DNA from: Candidatus Omnitrophota bacterium
GTDB lineage: Bacteria; Omnitrophota; Gorgyraeia; Zapsychrales; Fredricksoniimonadaceae
Direction: 5' to 3'
DNA length: 64,000 nt
Assembly: GCA_963828495.1 (NCBI GenBank)
Contig: CAWHFJ010000022.1
Coordinates: 22,964 to 86,963, forward strand
The notes beneath the pieces were generated by a model that had not been told where the DNA came from, searched no databases, and was given only the letters and a program-made list of their open reading frames with translations. The translations under genes and the position numbers were made by a program. Shown here one piece after another: positions 28,701 to 37,610 of the stretch; position 1 is the stretch's first letter; each line of letters begins with the position of its first letter.

Positions 28701-31700
28701 AATTAAATCAAATAAAATTACAGAAGCCACTCAAAAAGACATTGAGGATTTATTTGCCAGTAAAGAGGGGCGGGAGAGATTGTTCTTTGATCATCGAGGG
28801 GTTTCATTTGGACCAAATAAAGGAACAGCCATACAGCGCAATGGTGGCGTGGGTTTGTATATGGCTAAAGCCTATAGTGGATTATTAGGAGCTCAGCTTA
28901 GGATAGCGGATGATGGGAAAGAAACTAGGGGAGTCTCATTAGAGATTGATTTTCTTAATGCATCGCCATTTATTTCTGCACCTTCTGAAGGCAATCCGGC
29001 GATGCTGGCAGAAGTGGCGGAGGAAGGCGTTTCATACGAGATCCCCATTATTGATTTGCTTGGTAATGGTATCGTGCCAGATGCGTATCAAAGGGATTAC
29101 GATGGTACTTTGATGGATATTTTGTTATTTTTTATGGATATAGGACTGAAGAAAAAATCGTTAGCTGTCCCCCCAGTGTCGAATATTTTATTGATAGGCG
29201 GATCAGTGAAGGATGTGGCTATTTTATATAAGCGGTTTCCTAAGGCCATGATCACAGTAGTCAATTTAGACGGACCTTATTTGGCGCAGATCCAGCGGCA
29301 ATATGAAAATAAGCCGGGACATCTATTGCGGTTGTTTCAGGCAGATGCAACGAAGCTTTCTGCTTATCAAACACAAGGCGGGGAATCCTATTTTTCCGAT
29401 GGTATTTTTGATTTGATCGCAGCTCCGGGGGTGGATGAAAGCTGCTTTCCTAAGAATGGCCCGGCGATCTTGCAAAGGATCGCTCAGGAGGAAGTTCGTT
29501 TGGTTAAGAAGGGGGGATTGATCTTACACGATCTTCATGAAGATACTCAGGGATCAATGGGGTATCATAGGGAGGCTATCCAACAAGGAGTCTTGGAGTT
29601 CGTTGGTGATAGCAATGCACATAATATCCCCAGCATTTTTTATAGAACAGACCTTGCGATGCTGGCGCACGTTGGTTATATTGAGGAAGTTTTTCGAAGA
29701 GTCAAGGAGGGCCATAAAGTTACTATTAGCGCAGTCATACCTGATCCCCAAGAGGCGGGAGAATATGAGGTGTTTCTCCATTCCAATCGAGATGGCAGTT
29801 GGAAAACTGACCCCACTCCTTTACAAAAGAGAGAAGAGGATGGGAAAGTCTTTTTTGATGACACGGTCACAGCAGAAAGGAGTTTTCAATACACTTTTGT
29901 ATTTAAAAAGGCCGATGGTACCCAGGTATGGGCAGATAGACCCTACGGAGATGGGCAGGTTTTTGTTGACCGCGATTTCAAAGGCACACTCGTTTTTGCT
30001 GGAATGGAATTTGGACCTTTGGCTAAGAAGGGTGGACAGGCGGATGTTATGTACGAACTGCCACGCAATCTAGTCAGAGGTGGTAATGAAGTGAGGGTTG
30101 TTATTCCCTATTATAAAGAGTTAGCAGAGAAGTATGCCGGTCAAGGATTTAAGATCGAGGATGTTAATGGGATTACAATAAACATTGATTTTAAGCGTCG
30201 AGCTAATGAGATTTTAAAAGTCAAGAAAGTCGTTATTGATGGGATAACGGTGTATATGTTGGATGCGCAAAGCAACGATCTTTTTAGAAAACCGTATCCT
30301 GGTCCCTATGCAGAGTTTTATGAATCGATCCTTTTATCAAGAGGGACCTCAGAACTGTTATATCAATTGAGTCAGAATTTTGGAGACAAAAAACCAGATG
30401 CTGTCGTATTTAGTGATCATCATGCCGCTTTAACGCCTCTTTATATGCATGAAGAGCATCCAGATTTTTATGCTAAAACAGGGAGAGTGTTTACCATCCA
30501 TAATATCGGCTATCAAGGCGAGTATGAAGACACCGGCTTGATCGAAGAGTTTGGCCTGAAACGAACGCCTCAATTAGAGCAGTTAGTCATTCAGTCAGGG
30601 AAATTAAATTTTATGTCTGTACCGCCGGGTCTGGCCGAATTGGAAGGGTATAAAGGCTGGTATGCTGGGACCGTCAGCCCGACCTATGCCAACGAGATCA
30701 GGGGGACTGCATTTCAACTAGATAAGAAATTTCAGAGAATGCAAGAGCATTTTGGGGGTATTTTAAACGGTATTGATTATGAAGTTAATAATCCTGAAAC
30801 TGATCCGTTATTAGCCGAGCTTGCAGTTAGATATCCTGGTTTTGGTTTAAGCAATTATAGTTTAGACAGGGATGGGATTGAAGGCGTGATGGCGGCCAGA
30901 CAAAAATTCAAACATTTTATCCGATTTGTTTTTAGCCATAGCGGAATCCCTGAATGGGAAAGTAAACAAATTACAAAAACCGGGAACTTGGAAGAAAATT
31001 CAAATCATATGTTAGTGGGCATGATTGGCCGCGTGACACAACAAAAGCAGATCGATATTGTGGCTGATATGATCGAAGAAATGGCTAATGGTCAGCGGCC
31101 TAAGATTGGGATCGATTTTTTGCTTGCGGGATCTGGAGATGCGTATACGCAGGATAGTGTGAGACGATTAGAAGGGGTAGCCAAAAGATCTGGAATAGAG
31201 TTTAATACGGTTGTTCTTAACGGATTTATCAGTGAAATGACGGCTAGGTTGATGTATGCCGGATGTGATGTTATTTTGATGCCTTCTGACTTTGAACCCT
31301 CCGGCATAGTACAACAGATTGCCAAACGTTATGGCAGCTTACCGCTGGTTCGCAAGACGGGGGGCTTGGCAGATACGGTTTTTGAAACAGGACAGAATAA
31401 TAATGGTTTTATCTTTACGGGAACATTTCGTAGGATGAATACAGCAGAGGACCCGGCAGCGAGAAGACAGAATACGGATGAATTATATGAAAAAGTTAGA
31501 GAGGCCGATGAAGTTTATCATCAAGATCAAAATCTTTGGCAGACAAAAATGATCAACGGCATGAGGGATAATAGCAGCTGGGATCTGCGCATGCGGGATT
31601 ATTTAAATGTATTTGCTTGGCTGGGTGATCAATTAAATGATAGGGGTATGATCACGCATACAGGTGGTATCGATCTGACCCCTGCCAATATGAATTTGCA

Positions 31701-31875
31701 GACTCAAAATAACGGCGGCTCAATCCAATTCCATCTTGACTCCGCACAACTGCAGCAGCTACAAAACGCTTCCGGCTTTGTGCCGGTTATTATCAATATC
31801 CAGCCGATGACGAATCTTAGGGTGTTTTTGGGCTTGACGGATAATCCAGTTGTTGACGCCGTCGCATCGGGCTGA
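22777..31875 (+). CDS. giant (3,032-aa) multidomain protein carrying a complete GT5 glycogen/starch synthase
   Basis: Single uninterrupted ORF. Domain order:
- Signal-like start MRKTPYIHIAILIAFLVNTFGPLPMAQA/Q.
- Conserved N-domain (about 22860-23900).
- 13 x 81-aa repeats (23974-27132).
- GHKL-like module (about 28400-28960: EVIANALQA, IQNDGEI, GGVGLYMAKAYSGLLGAQL).
- Rossmann module (about 29180-29540: NILLIGGS...FDLIAAPG).
- CBM-like domain (about 29718-29975).
- GT5 domain (about 29985-31620: KKGGQADV, FTIHNIGYQG, TVSPTYANEI, GILNGID, FEPSGIVQQIA..YGSLPLVRKTGGLADTV).
The ORF-track start at 22675 (TTG, overlapping fabZ) is less likely. Confidence 0.85.
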   Translation: MRKTPYIHIAILIAFLVNTFGPLPMAQAQLASQASGDFRLPAPGVMVHLSPKFNPPILKGIKVHPDNPFRFDFILDRGDAYKGPQQEQLKTEATKLIKYFLASLTIPEKDLWVNLSPYEKDRIIPQSFGLTQMGRDLLAEDYMLKQITASLIYPEDEIGKKFWQRVYAEAQQKFGTTNIPVNTFNKVWIVPEKAVVYENAKAGTAYVVESKLKVMLEEDYLSMSKHADVGQVSNINRLGSQIIREIVIPELTKEVNEDKNFTQLRQVYNSLILATWYKKKVKDSLLAQVYENKKKVVGVEYQSQTNDVEAIYQRYLQAFRKGVYNYIKEEQDPIINQAVPRKYFSGGVRLSDLVINADKAMQYTRNIPSNPENAVEVTTDLAMLTGQEGGGSFFDTSHRYYLAFKDLIDHIPTEEISSPQKAMEYYDQHKNEFPYLRDRQKPMGERASIGRSYFVDVIGHREDFDPAKQSSFRSFAATLNYYEQFQGIINAIASVEISTPQKAMEYYDQHKADFPQIEDRNKPIAEQKPIGRSYFIGVISHRADFDRLRHQDFARFATSLRYYEEFQSQIDAIPAADISSPEKTMAYYNEHKGEFPQLNDRIKPISEQRPISRNYFITVLTHRKDFDQSKHQAFARFIMGLRYYEEFQSKIDAIPAADISSPEQAMDYYDRHKREFPQLEDVQKPAEEQTPVSRGNFIAIISWRADFDDTKEQAFQRFAGSLRYYEQFQTIIDAISEEEISNPENAMEYYDQHKNAFPQLDDQDKPVAEQTPIGRAYFINVISHRANFDQSRHQTFARFAASLRYYEEFQEKIDAIAAIDISSPEKAMEYYDQYKEDFPQLKDLNKPMAQQTPIGRAYFISVISHRDDFDLAREQKFDRFATSLSYYEEFQGRIDAIAAIDISSPEKAMEYYDQYKGDFPQLDDRHKPMAQQTPIGRGYFIDVISHRGDFDQLRHQAFVRFAGSLRYYEEFQERIDAIPAAQIGTPEEAMAYYSQHKGEYPRLNDRKKPVSQRTPISWGYFIDIISHRKDFDKESKWRFERFKMGLHYYEEFKEKIDAIPSAEIDSPKKAMEYYDQHKQEFPQLEDRRKPIAEQTPIGRGYFVSIISLRKDLDKFKESLFGHFATSLTYYEEFQEGIDAIPFGDISTPEKAMEYYDQHKGEFPQIEDQDKPLAEQTPISRSYFINIINHRTDFDQSKHQTFVFFATSLRYYEEFQGVIDAIPSEDISTPEKVMAYYDQHKGELPQIEDQNKPMAEQAPISRAYFISVISHRADFDKSKHQAFARFATSLRYYEEFQTVIDAIAARDISSPEKAMEYYDMHKMAFPMLEDREKPVAQQTPISRGYFIDVIGHRSDFDKQRQQSFTRFANSLNYYEENQNMTDAIPTEYISTPEKAMEYYDQHKQEFPLLEDREKPIAEQTPISRAYYVQIISHRKDFDKVKQRAFTNFAVSLHYYELHQEIIDRYVRELFVNGLPQENEDMLKLYLQLAPYLSRIDKPQFTISIIYFREILHAARLISLQRYQRSQKFIAGVHYALKMQGRIVGLFKEAYGKLVNLRQMDLEEVKARVYKLFITDINRGGLREKFVRINRPKGALEDRPLSLSILKSYLPPLKLVYGDQLLEALQTDQVPEFLDALKSRLQNIRLAGSIEEGEQEDPNEAMITAQENLEGVSGKTMPFKDFIKNQLLLDYWKVTRQAFLAHFDKQQAELIWGELKDKGYIRKGTLEFFDGEFSEFSKGPSNEFMTPEEAEKALIEAIQKSGIDIPPADTPIDSLAKLIESRILYKAMPIRPDEVSERINRLEHGGKPLNSWEIKDLNRILIEANYSQAPKRLNYDSVIQDAFRALENYSQLDLPGISDTQKKQIYDIIQQAHWFNRIDFKLEGSLNLHFEDESQFDELTVVLDEVIANALQAQKEGKIRITVEGNKILIQNDGEIPWDVMQKKYNELIREHDLYVIRQADGSIEDLGSKDFFAQSLIKSNKITEATQKDIEDLFASKEGRERLFFDHRGVSFGPNKGTAIQRNGGVGLYMAKAYSGLLGAQLRIADDGKETRGVSLEIDFLNASPFISAPSEGNPAMLAEVAEEGVSYEIPIIDLLGNGIVPDAYQRDYDGTLMDILLFFMDIGLKKKSLAVPPVSNILLIGGSVKDVAILYKRFPKAMITVVNLDGPYLAQIQRQYENKPGHLLRLFQADATKLSAYQTQGGESYFSDGIFDLIAAPGVDESCFPKNGPAILQRIAQEEVRLVKKGGLILHDLHEDTQGSMGYHREAIQQGVLEFVGDSNAHNIPSIFYRTDLAMLAHVGYIEEVFRRVKEGHKVTISAVIPDPQEAGEYEVFLHSNRDGSWKTDPTPLQKREEDGKVFFDDTVTAERSFQYTFVFKKADGTQVWADRPYGDGQVFVDRDFKGTLVFAGMEFGPLAKKGGQADVMYELPRNLVRGGNEVRVVIPYYKELAEKYAGQGFKIEDVNGITINIDFKRRANEILKVKKVVIDGITVYMLDAQSNDLFRKPYPGPYAEFYESILLSRGTSELLYQLSQNFGDKKPDAVVFSDHHAALTPLYMHEEHPDFYAKTGRVFTIHNIGYQGEYEDTGLIEEFGLKRTPQLEQLVIQSGKLNFMSVPPGLAELEGYKGWYAGTVSPTYANEIRGTAFQLDKKFQRMQEHFGGILNGIDYEVNNPETDPLLAELAVRYPGFGLSNYSLDRDGIEGVMAARQKFKHFIRFVFSHSGIPEWESKQITKTGNLEENSNHMLVGMIGRVTQQKQIDIVADMIEEMANGQRPKIGIDFLLAGSGDAYTQDSVRRLEGVAKRSGIEFNTVVLNGFISEMTARLMYAGCDVILMPSDFEPSGIVQQIAKRYGSLPLVRKTGGLADTVFETGQNNNGFIFTGTFRRMNTAEDPAARRQNTDELYEKVREADEVYHQDQNLWQTKMINGMRDNSSWDLRMRDYLNVFAWLGDQLNDRGMITHTGGIDLTPANMNLQTQNNGGSIQFHLDSAQLQQLQNASGFVPVIINIQPMTNLRVFLGLTDNPVVDAVASG
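23974..27132 (+). repeat. in-frame tandem array, 13 units of exactly 243 nt (81 aa)
   Basis: The unit phase marker TAT-TAY (YY of YYEEFQ) recurs at 23974, 24217, 24460 ... 26890, 27133, always 243 nt apart. Consensus: YYEEFQxxIDAIPAxDISSPEKAMEYYDQHKxEFPQLEDRxKPxAEQTPIGRxYFIxVISHRxDFDxxKHQAFARFAxSLR. Confidence 0.9.
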
Positions 31876-32014
31876 TAAAATATCGCGCTTATAGATGTTC
31901 TTTTAAATTTTGAGGAAGCGCATACGGAAGGCAAACTTTCTGGAAGAAACTTAAGGAAGTTTGCACCTCTCCCGAAACTTCCTCAGAGTTGTTCTATAAT
32001 ATTTTAGGAAGTTT

Positions 32015-32088
32015 CGGGAAGTAGCGCAGCTGGCTAGCGCGCTTCGTTCGGGACGAAGAGGTCGTGGGTTCAAATCCCGCCTTCCCGA
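32015..32088 (+). tRNA. tRNA-Pro (anticodon CGG)
   Basis: Cloverleaf: acceptor CGGGAAG/CTTCCCG, D stem GCGC/GCGC, anticodon stem CTTCG/CGAAG with loop TTCGGGA, T arm GTGGG-TTCAAAT-CCCGC, discriminator A. No CCA is encoded. Confidence 0.9.
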
Positions 32089-32180
32089 CTTTAATATTAT
32101 ATTCGTCGGGATTTGAAGCCGACCCCGAGCGCCATTGGTCCGAGCGAGGGGCGGCCGGCTTCGGAGGAGCCCCGACGAAT

Positions 32181-32222
32181 GTCGGGGCGGGGGAGAAGAA
32201 ATCCCGCCTTCCCGACTTTTTT
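32181..32222 (+). terminator. terminator built from a duplicated tRNA-Pro 3' end
   Basis: GTCGG-GGCGGG ... CCCGCC-TT-CCCGAC stem followed by T6 (32217-32222). Its 3' arm is the 21-nt repeat of 32072-32092. Confidence 0.5.
32199..32219 (+). repeat. 21-nt direct repeat of the tRNA-Pro 3' end
   Basis: AAATCCCGCCTTCCCGACTTT is identical at 32072-32092 and 32199-32219. Confidence 0.9.
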
Positions 32223-32246
32223 ATTCGTCATTTTTTCATTCATCCC

Positions 32247-34507
<2,261 letters not shown>

Positions 34508-34572
34508 ATTAAGGAAATGGCACCTCACTGTAGCTATTTGAGAAATAGAAATTTTTGTGGGAGGGATTATAC

Positions 34573-35097
34573 ATGGTTAATGCGATACGGTACAAAAGGG
34601 AGGTGTTCCTCCTGATGGGGATTCTGGTGTTAAGCATGTCTTTGAGTTCATGTGAAACATTGCGTAAGAAATTCACCCGTCATAAAAAACAGGCGGAAGA
34701 AGATCAAAGTGTTATTCCGGTCCTCGAACCCGAAGAATACCCATCGCCGGAACATAACCCCCAACAAAATTATCAAGGGCATTATGATCTGATCAAGGCC
34801 TGGTACAATGATCTGTGGAGCGCCCTTCATGATAAAAGTTCTGAAAAATATCTCCATTATATTATTGGGGAAGTCGCTAATCATATTACGGCCATGCAAA
34901 AATTAGTGGACGCTCCCACGCAGGCGGATTTAGTGAAGTTGAACGGTTTTCTGGATTATTACAGATCTTCTTTGGATGACCCGTGGCCTGCGCGTAATGT
35001 GTCGCGCATTGAAAGCGATTTGCGTGCTTTTGACCGCTTTCTACGCCACTATTTGCGTGCGGACAAGATCCAAGGGCATTTTGTTAAAGCCAACTGA
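34573..35097 (+). CDS. lipoprotein, hypothetical
   Basis: Signal peptide with lipobox LSMSLSS/C. No recognisable family. Confidence 0.5.
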   Translation: MVNAIRYKREVFLLMGILVLSMSLSSCETLRKKFTRHKKQAEEDQSVIPVLEPEEYPSPEHNPQQNYQGHYDLIKAWYNDLWSALHDKSSEKYLHYIIGEVANHITAMQKLVDAPTQADLVKLNGFLDYYRSSLDDPWPARNVSRIESDLRAFDRFLRHYLRADKIQGHFVKAN

Positions 35098-35984
35098 TGA
35101 AAGCATTTATCGATGAGTTCATGAATTATATGTCCGTCGAACGCGGGCTGGCCTCAAACACCCTTTTAGCCTACCGGCGTGACCTTAATAAGTACACGGA
35201 TTATCTTTCCCAAAAAGGTATTCAATCCTCAGCGAAGGTCACTCGTGAACATGTGGCTTCGTTTATGTTCGATTTAAAAAAACAGAACATGTCGGCCACC
35301 AGCATTTGCCGGAATTTGGCAGCGGTCAAAATGTTCCACCGTTTTTTATTACGGGAAAATTTAGCCGAAGCCGACCCGACCACCTTGGTGGACACTCCGA
35401 AATTGTGGCAACGCATGCCATCGGTGTTAACTCAAAGTGAAATCGAAGCTATGATCAAGGCCGCCTCGGGCAAAAAGTCTCAGCAGATCAGGGACCAGGC
35501 CATATTGGAGATTTTTTATGCCAGCGGCCTGCGGGTTTCCGAATTAGCGGATTTAAAGACCACCAGCGTTAATTTTGATGCGGGTTTTGTGCGGGCGGTG
35601 GGCAAGGGCAGCAAAGAGCGGATCATTCCTCTGGGGAAAAAAGCCAGGGACGCTTTACAGAAATATTTGGACCATGTGCGTCCTAAATTATTAAAAGGAC
35701 AAACGAGCGATGTTTTGTTTTTAAGCCGTTTAGGCAAAAGGATCAGCCGCCAGAGCTTATGGGCGGTGATTAAATTTTATGCGCGAAAGGCCAATATAAA
35801 GAAAACAATTAAACCGCATACTTTGCGTCACACCTTTGCCACGCATTTATTGGAACACGGAGCGGATTTGCGTTCTGTTCAGGAAATGTTGGGGCATGCG
35901 GACATTGCTACGACCCAGATTTATACGCATGTGGACCGGGAACGGTTAAAGATCGTGCATAAACAGTTTCATCCCAGGGGCTAG
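35097..35984 (+). CDS. xerD: site-specific tyrosine recombinase XerD
   Basis: 295 aa. ...ERGLASNTLLAYRRDL... N-terminus, catalytic R...HTLRHTFATHLLEHGADLRSVQEMLGHADIATTQIYTHV. Confidence 0.75.
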   Translation: MKAFIDEFMNYMSVERGLASNTLLAYRRDLNKYTDYLSQKGIQSSAKVTREHVASFMFDLKKQNMSATSICRNLAAVKMFHRFLLRENLAEADPTTLVDTPKLWQRMPSVLTQSEIEAMIKAASGKKSQQIRDQAILEIFYASGLRVSELADLKTTSVNFDAGFVRAVGKGSKERIIPLGKKARDALQKYLDHVRPKLLKGQTSDVLFLSRLGKRISRQSLWAVIKFYARKANIKKTIKPHTLRHTFATHLLEHGADLRSVQEMLGHADIATTQIYTHVDRERLKIVHKQFHPRG

Positions 35985-35998
35985 GAGAGGCGGACATT

Positions 35999-37591
35999 TT
36001 GAAAACACATCATGAACATATACCTTGGGGACTATGGGCCGTATTGTTGCTGGAATATCTTTTTATATTCTTTTTCCTGTTGAATTATTATTTTGCGTTC
36101 ATGCAACATGAAACTGTCGCTATACATTCGTGGATATTGAGCAACGGTAAAGCATGGCATTGGGAGGATTTCAGCCGATCGTTAAACATTGACGTTTTGG
36201 AGGAAAACGGCAGCAGACTTTCCAGACCGATATCCAACCTTTTCGATGTCATCGATACCAAATTTCGGGCGTACTGCTGGAATTTTATTCCGCCTCATCC
36301 GTCTTTGTCCTGTTTGTGGCCGCTATTGTTTATAGGCCTACCGGTTTTTTTGTTTAAGTTTTTTAAGAACATGGGCTGTTATTCCGCTGTTGCCTTTGGC
36401 GGGACATGTTTATATTTGAGTTCCATCGGGTTTTTAGGCCCCGTGGTCATGATGTTCCGCTCTTCTAAAAACCTTGTTAATTTTTTGGCTGTTTTAAGTT
36501 TGTTTTTAGGGTCACGGATTTATAAGAAAATGATTAATCAAAACCGGGGCTGTTCGGTCAAGGACATGCCTCATTTTGGGCGGGATTTCGCGTTGTTTTT
36601 ATGTTCGATTTTTTTGGGATTTTTTTGTGATGAGACGGGCTTATTTGTTTATATCATGGGGGCGATGGTTTTATATCCGGTCTTTTTTATGTGTAAAGAG
36701 CGATGGGCTGTTTTAAGTGCTTTTCTATTGCTTCCCATTGCCTACATCGGCTTTATAGACGGTCTTTTGCCGTATATACATTTGTCTGTGCGCGGGCATA
36801 TGGTTAGCTTGGGCAACTACGGCAATCTTTCATCCTTGGCCAGTATTTCTGTGCAAGGCGTTATGACCAACTTAGTATGGTTATTTGCCGACCATCCTCA
36901 TATGCAATTGAATATCGCTAATTTATGGCCCTTTAATCCTCTCCTTTTTTTGTTGCAATTAATGTATTCGCTGAGCATGTGTTGGCTATTATTTTTATTC
37001 CTAACGGCTGCGTGTCGGGACCATTTGAAAATGCGGATGATGCAGATTGCCGCCTGCGGGGTGTTATTATTTGTATTTGTCCTTTTTCAGTCACTTTTAT
37101 TGTCGAGATTCTGGTATACCTCTTGGGGGGTATGGTGGTACGGGAGTCTATTTTCTTTATTATATTTTCTTTTTTTTACGTTTGTTTTGCAGTTGATAGC
37201 GGAAGGCAAATCCGGCGAATTCTTTAGGCGTTTTTTTATTTTCATTATTTTTTTGGGGGTGGCCCAAGGCTTGGCGTTTTGCGTTTACCGTGTGGATATT
37301 ATTGAAGAGAACCGCCAAGGGTATAACCCTCTTAAGGGAAAGGAGGGCGGATACACTGTTGAAGAGATTTTTAACGGCCGGATAGGCCCCTATTACAAAT
37401 CCCTGAACTGGTTTGATATCGTTGAAAAAAGTCAATGCAGGCGTATGTTCACCGTTTTAAGATGGAATGAGGTAAAACAAAAAAACATGAATCATCCCAT
37501 CACGCCAGGGCAGATTGATTATTGTAAAGAAAAATTGTCGGATGACTATTCTTTTTTGAAAGATGCTCAATATTTGTTTGAAGAACTATAG
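35999..37591 (+). CDS. polytopic membrane protein, hypothetical (glycosyltransferase-C-like?)
   Basis: 530 aa with at least 10 TM segments. TTG start 8 nt after AGGAGAGG. No family recognised. Confidence 0.5.
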   Translation: MKTHHEHIPWGLWAVLLLEYLFIFFFLLNYYFAFMQHETVAIHSWILSNGKAWHWEDFSRSLNIDVLEENGSRLSRPISNLFDVIDTKFRAYCWNFIPPHPSLSCLWPLLFIGLPVFLFKFFKNMGCYSAVAFGGTCLYLSSIGFLGPVVMMFRSSKNLVNFLAVLSLFLGSRIYKKMINQNRGCSVKDMPHFGRDFALFLCSIFLGFFCDETGLFVYIMGAMVLYPVFFMCKERWAVLSAFLLLPIAYIGFIDGLLPYIHLSVRGHMVSLGNYGNLSSLASISVQGVMTNLVWLFADHPHMQLNIANLWPFNPLLFLLQLMYSLSMCWLLFLFLTAACRDHLKMRMMQIAACGVLLFVFVLFQSLLLSRFWYTSWGVWWYGSLFSLLYFLFFTFVLQLIAEGKSGEFFRRFFIFIIFLGVAQGLAFCVYRVDIIEENRQGYNPLKGKEGGYTVEEIFNGRIGPYYKSLNWFDIVEKSQCRRMFTVLRWNEVKQKNMNHPITPGQIDYCKEKLSDDYSFLKDAQYLFEEL

Positions 37592-37610
37592 GGAGTGAGC
37601 ACTTATTTAT

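Noticed and set aside
32064-32246. N-terminal extension of the acylphosphatase ORF, and overlapping ORFs at 32113-32407.
   Set aside because: They run across the tRNA-Pro 3' end and the structured spacer. The acylphosphatase fold begins at MVRAHIHF (32247).
35097-35984. The tyrosine recombinase as a phage or ICE integrase linked to the tRNA-Pro att-like duplication 3 kb upstream.
   Set aside because: The sequence has the XerD-type N-terminus and catalytic text. It sits among housekeeping genes (ligA, a lipoprotein gene, membrane protein genes), with no phage or ICE genes between it and the tRNA.
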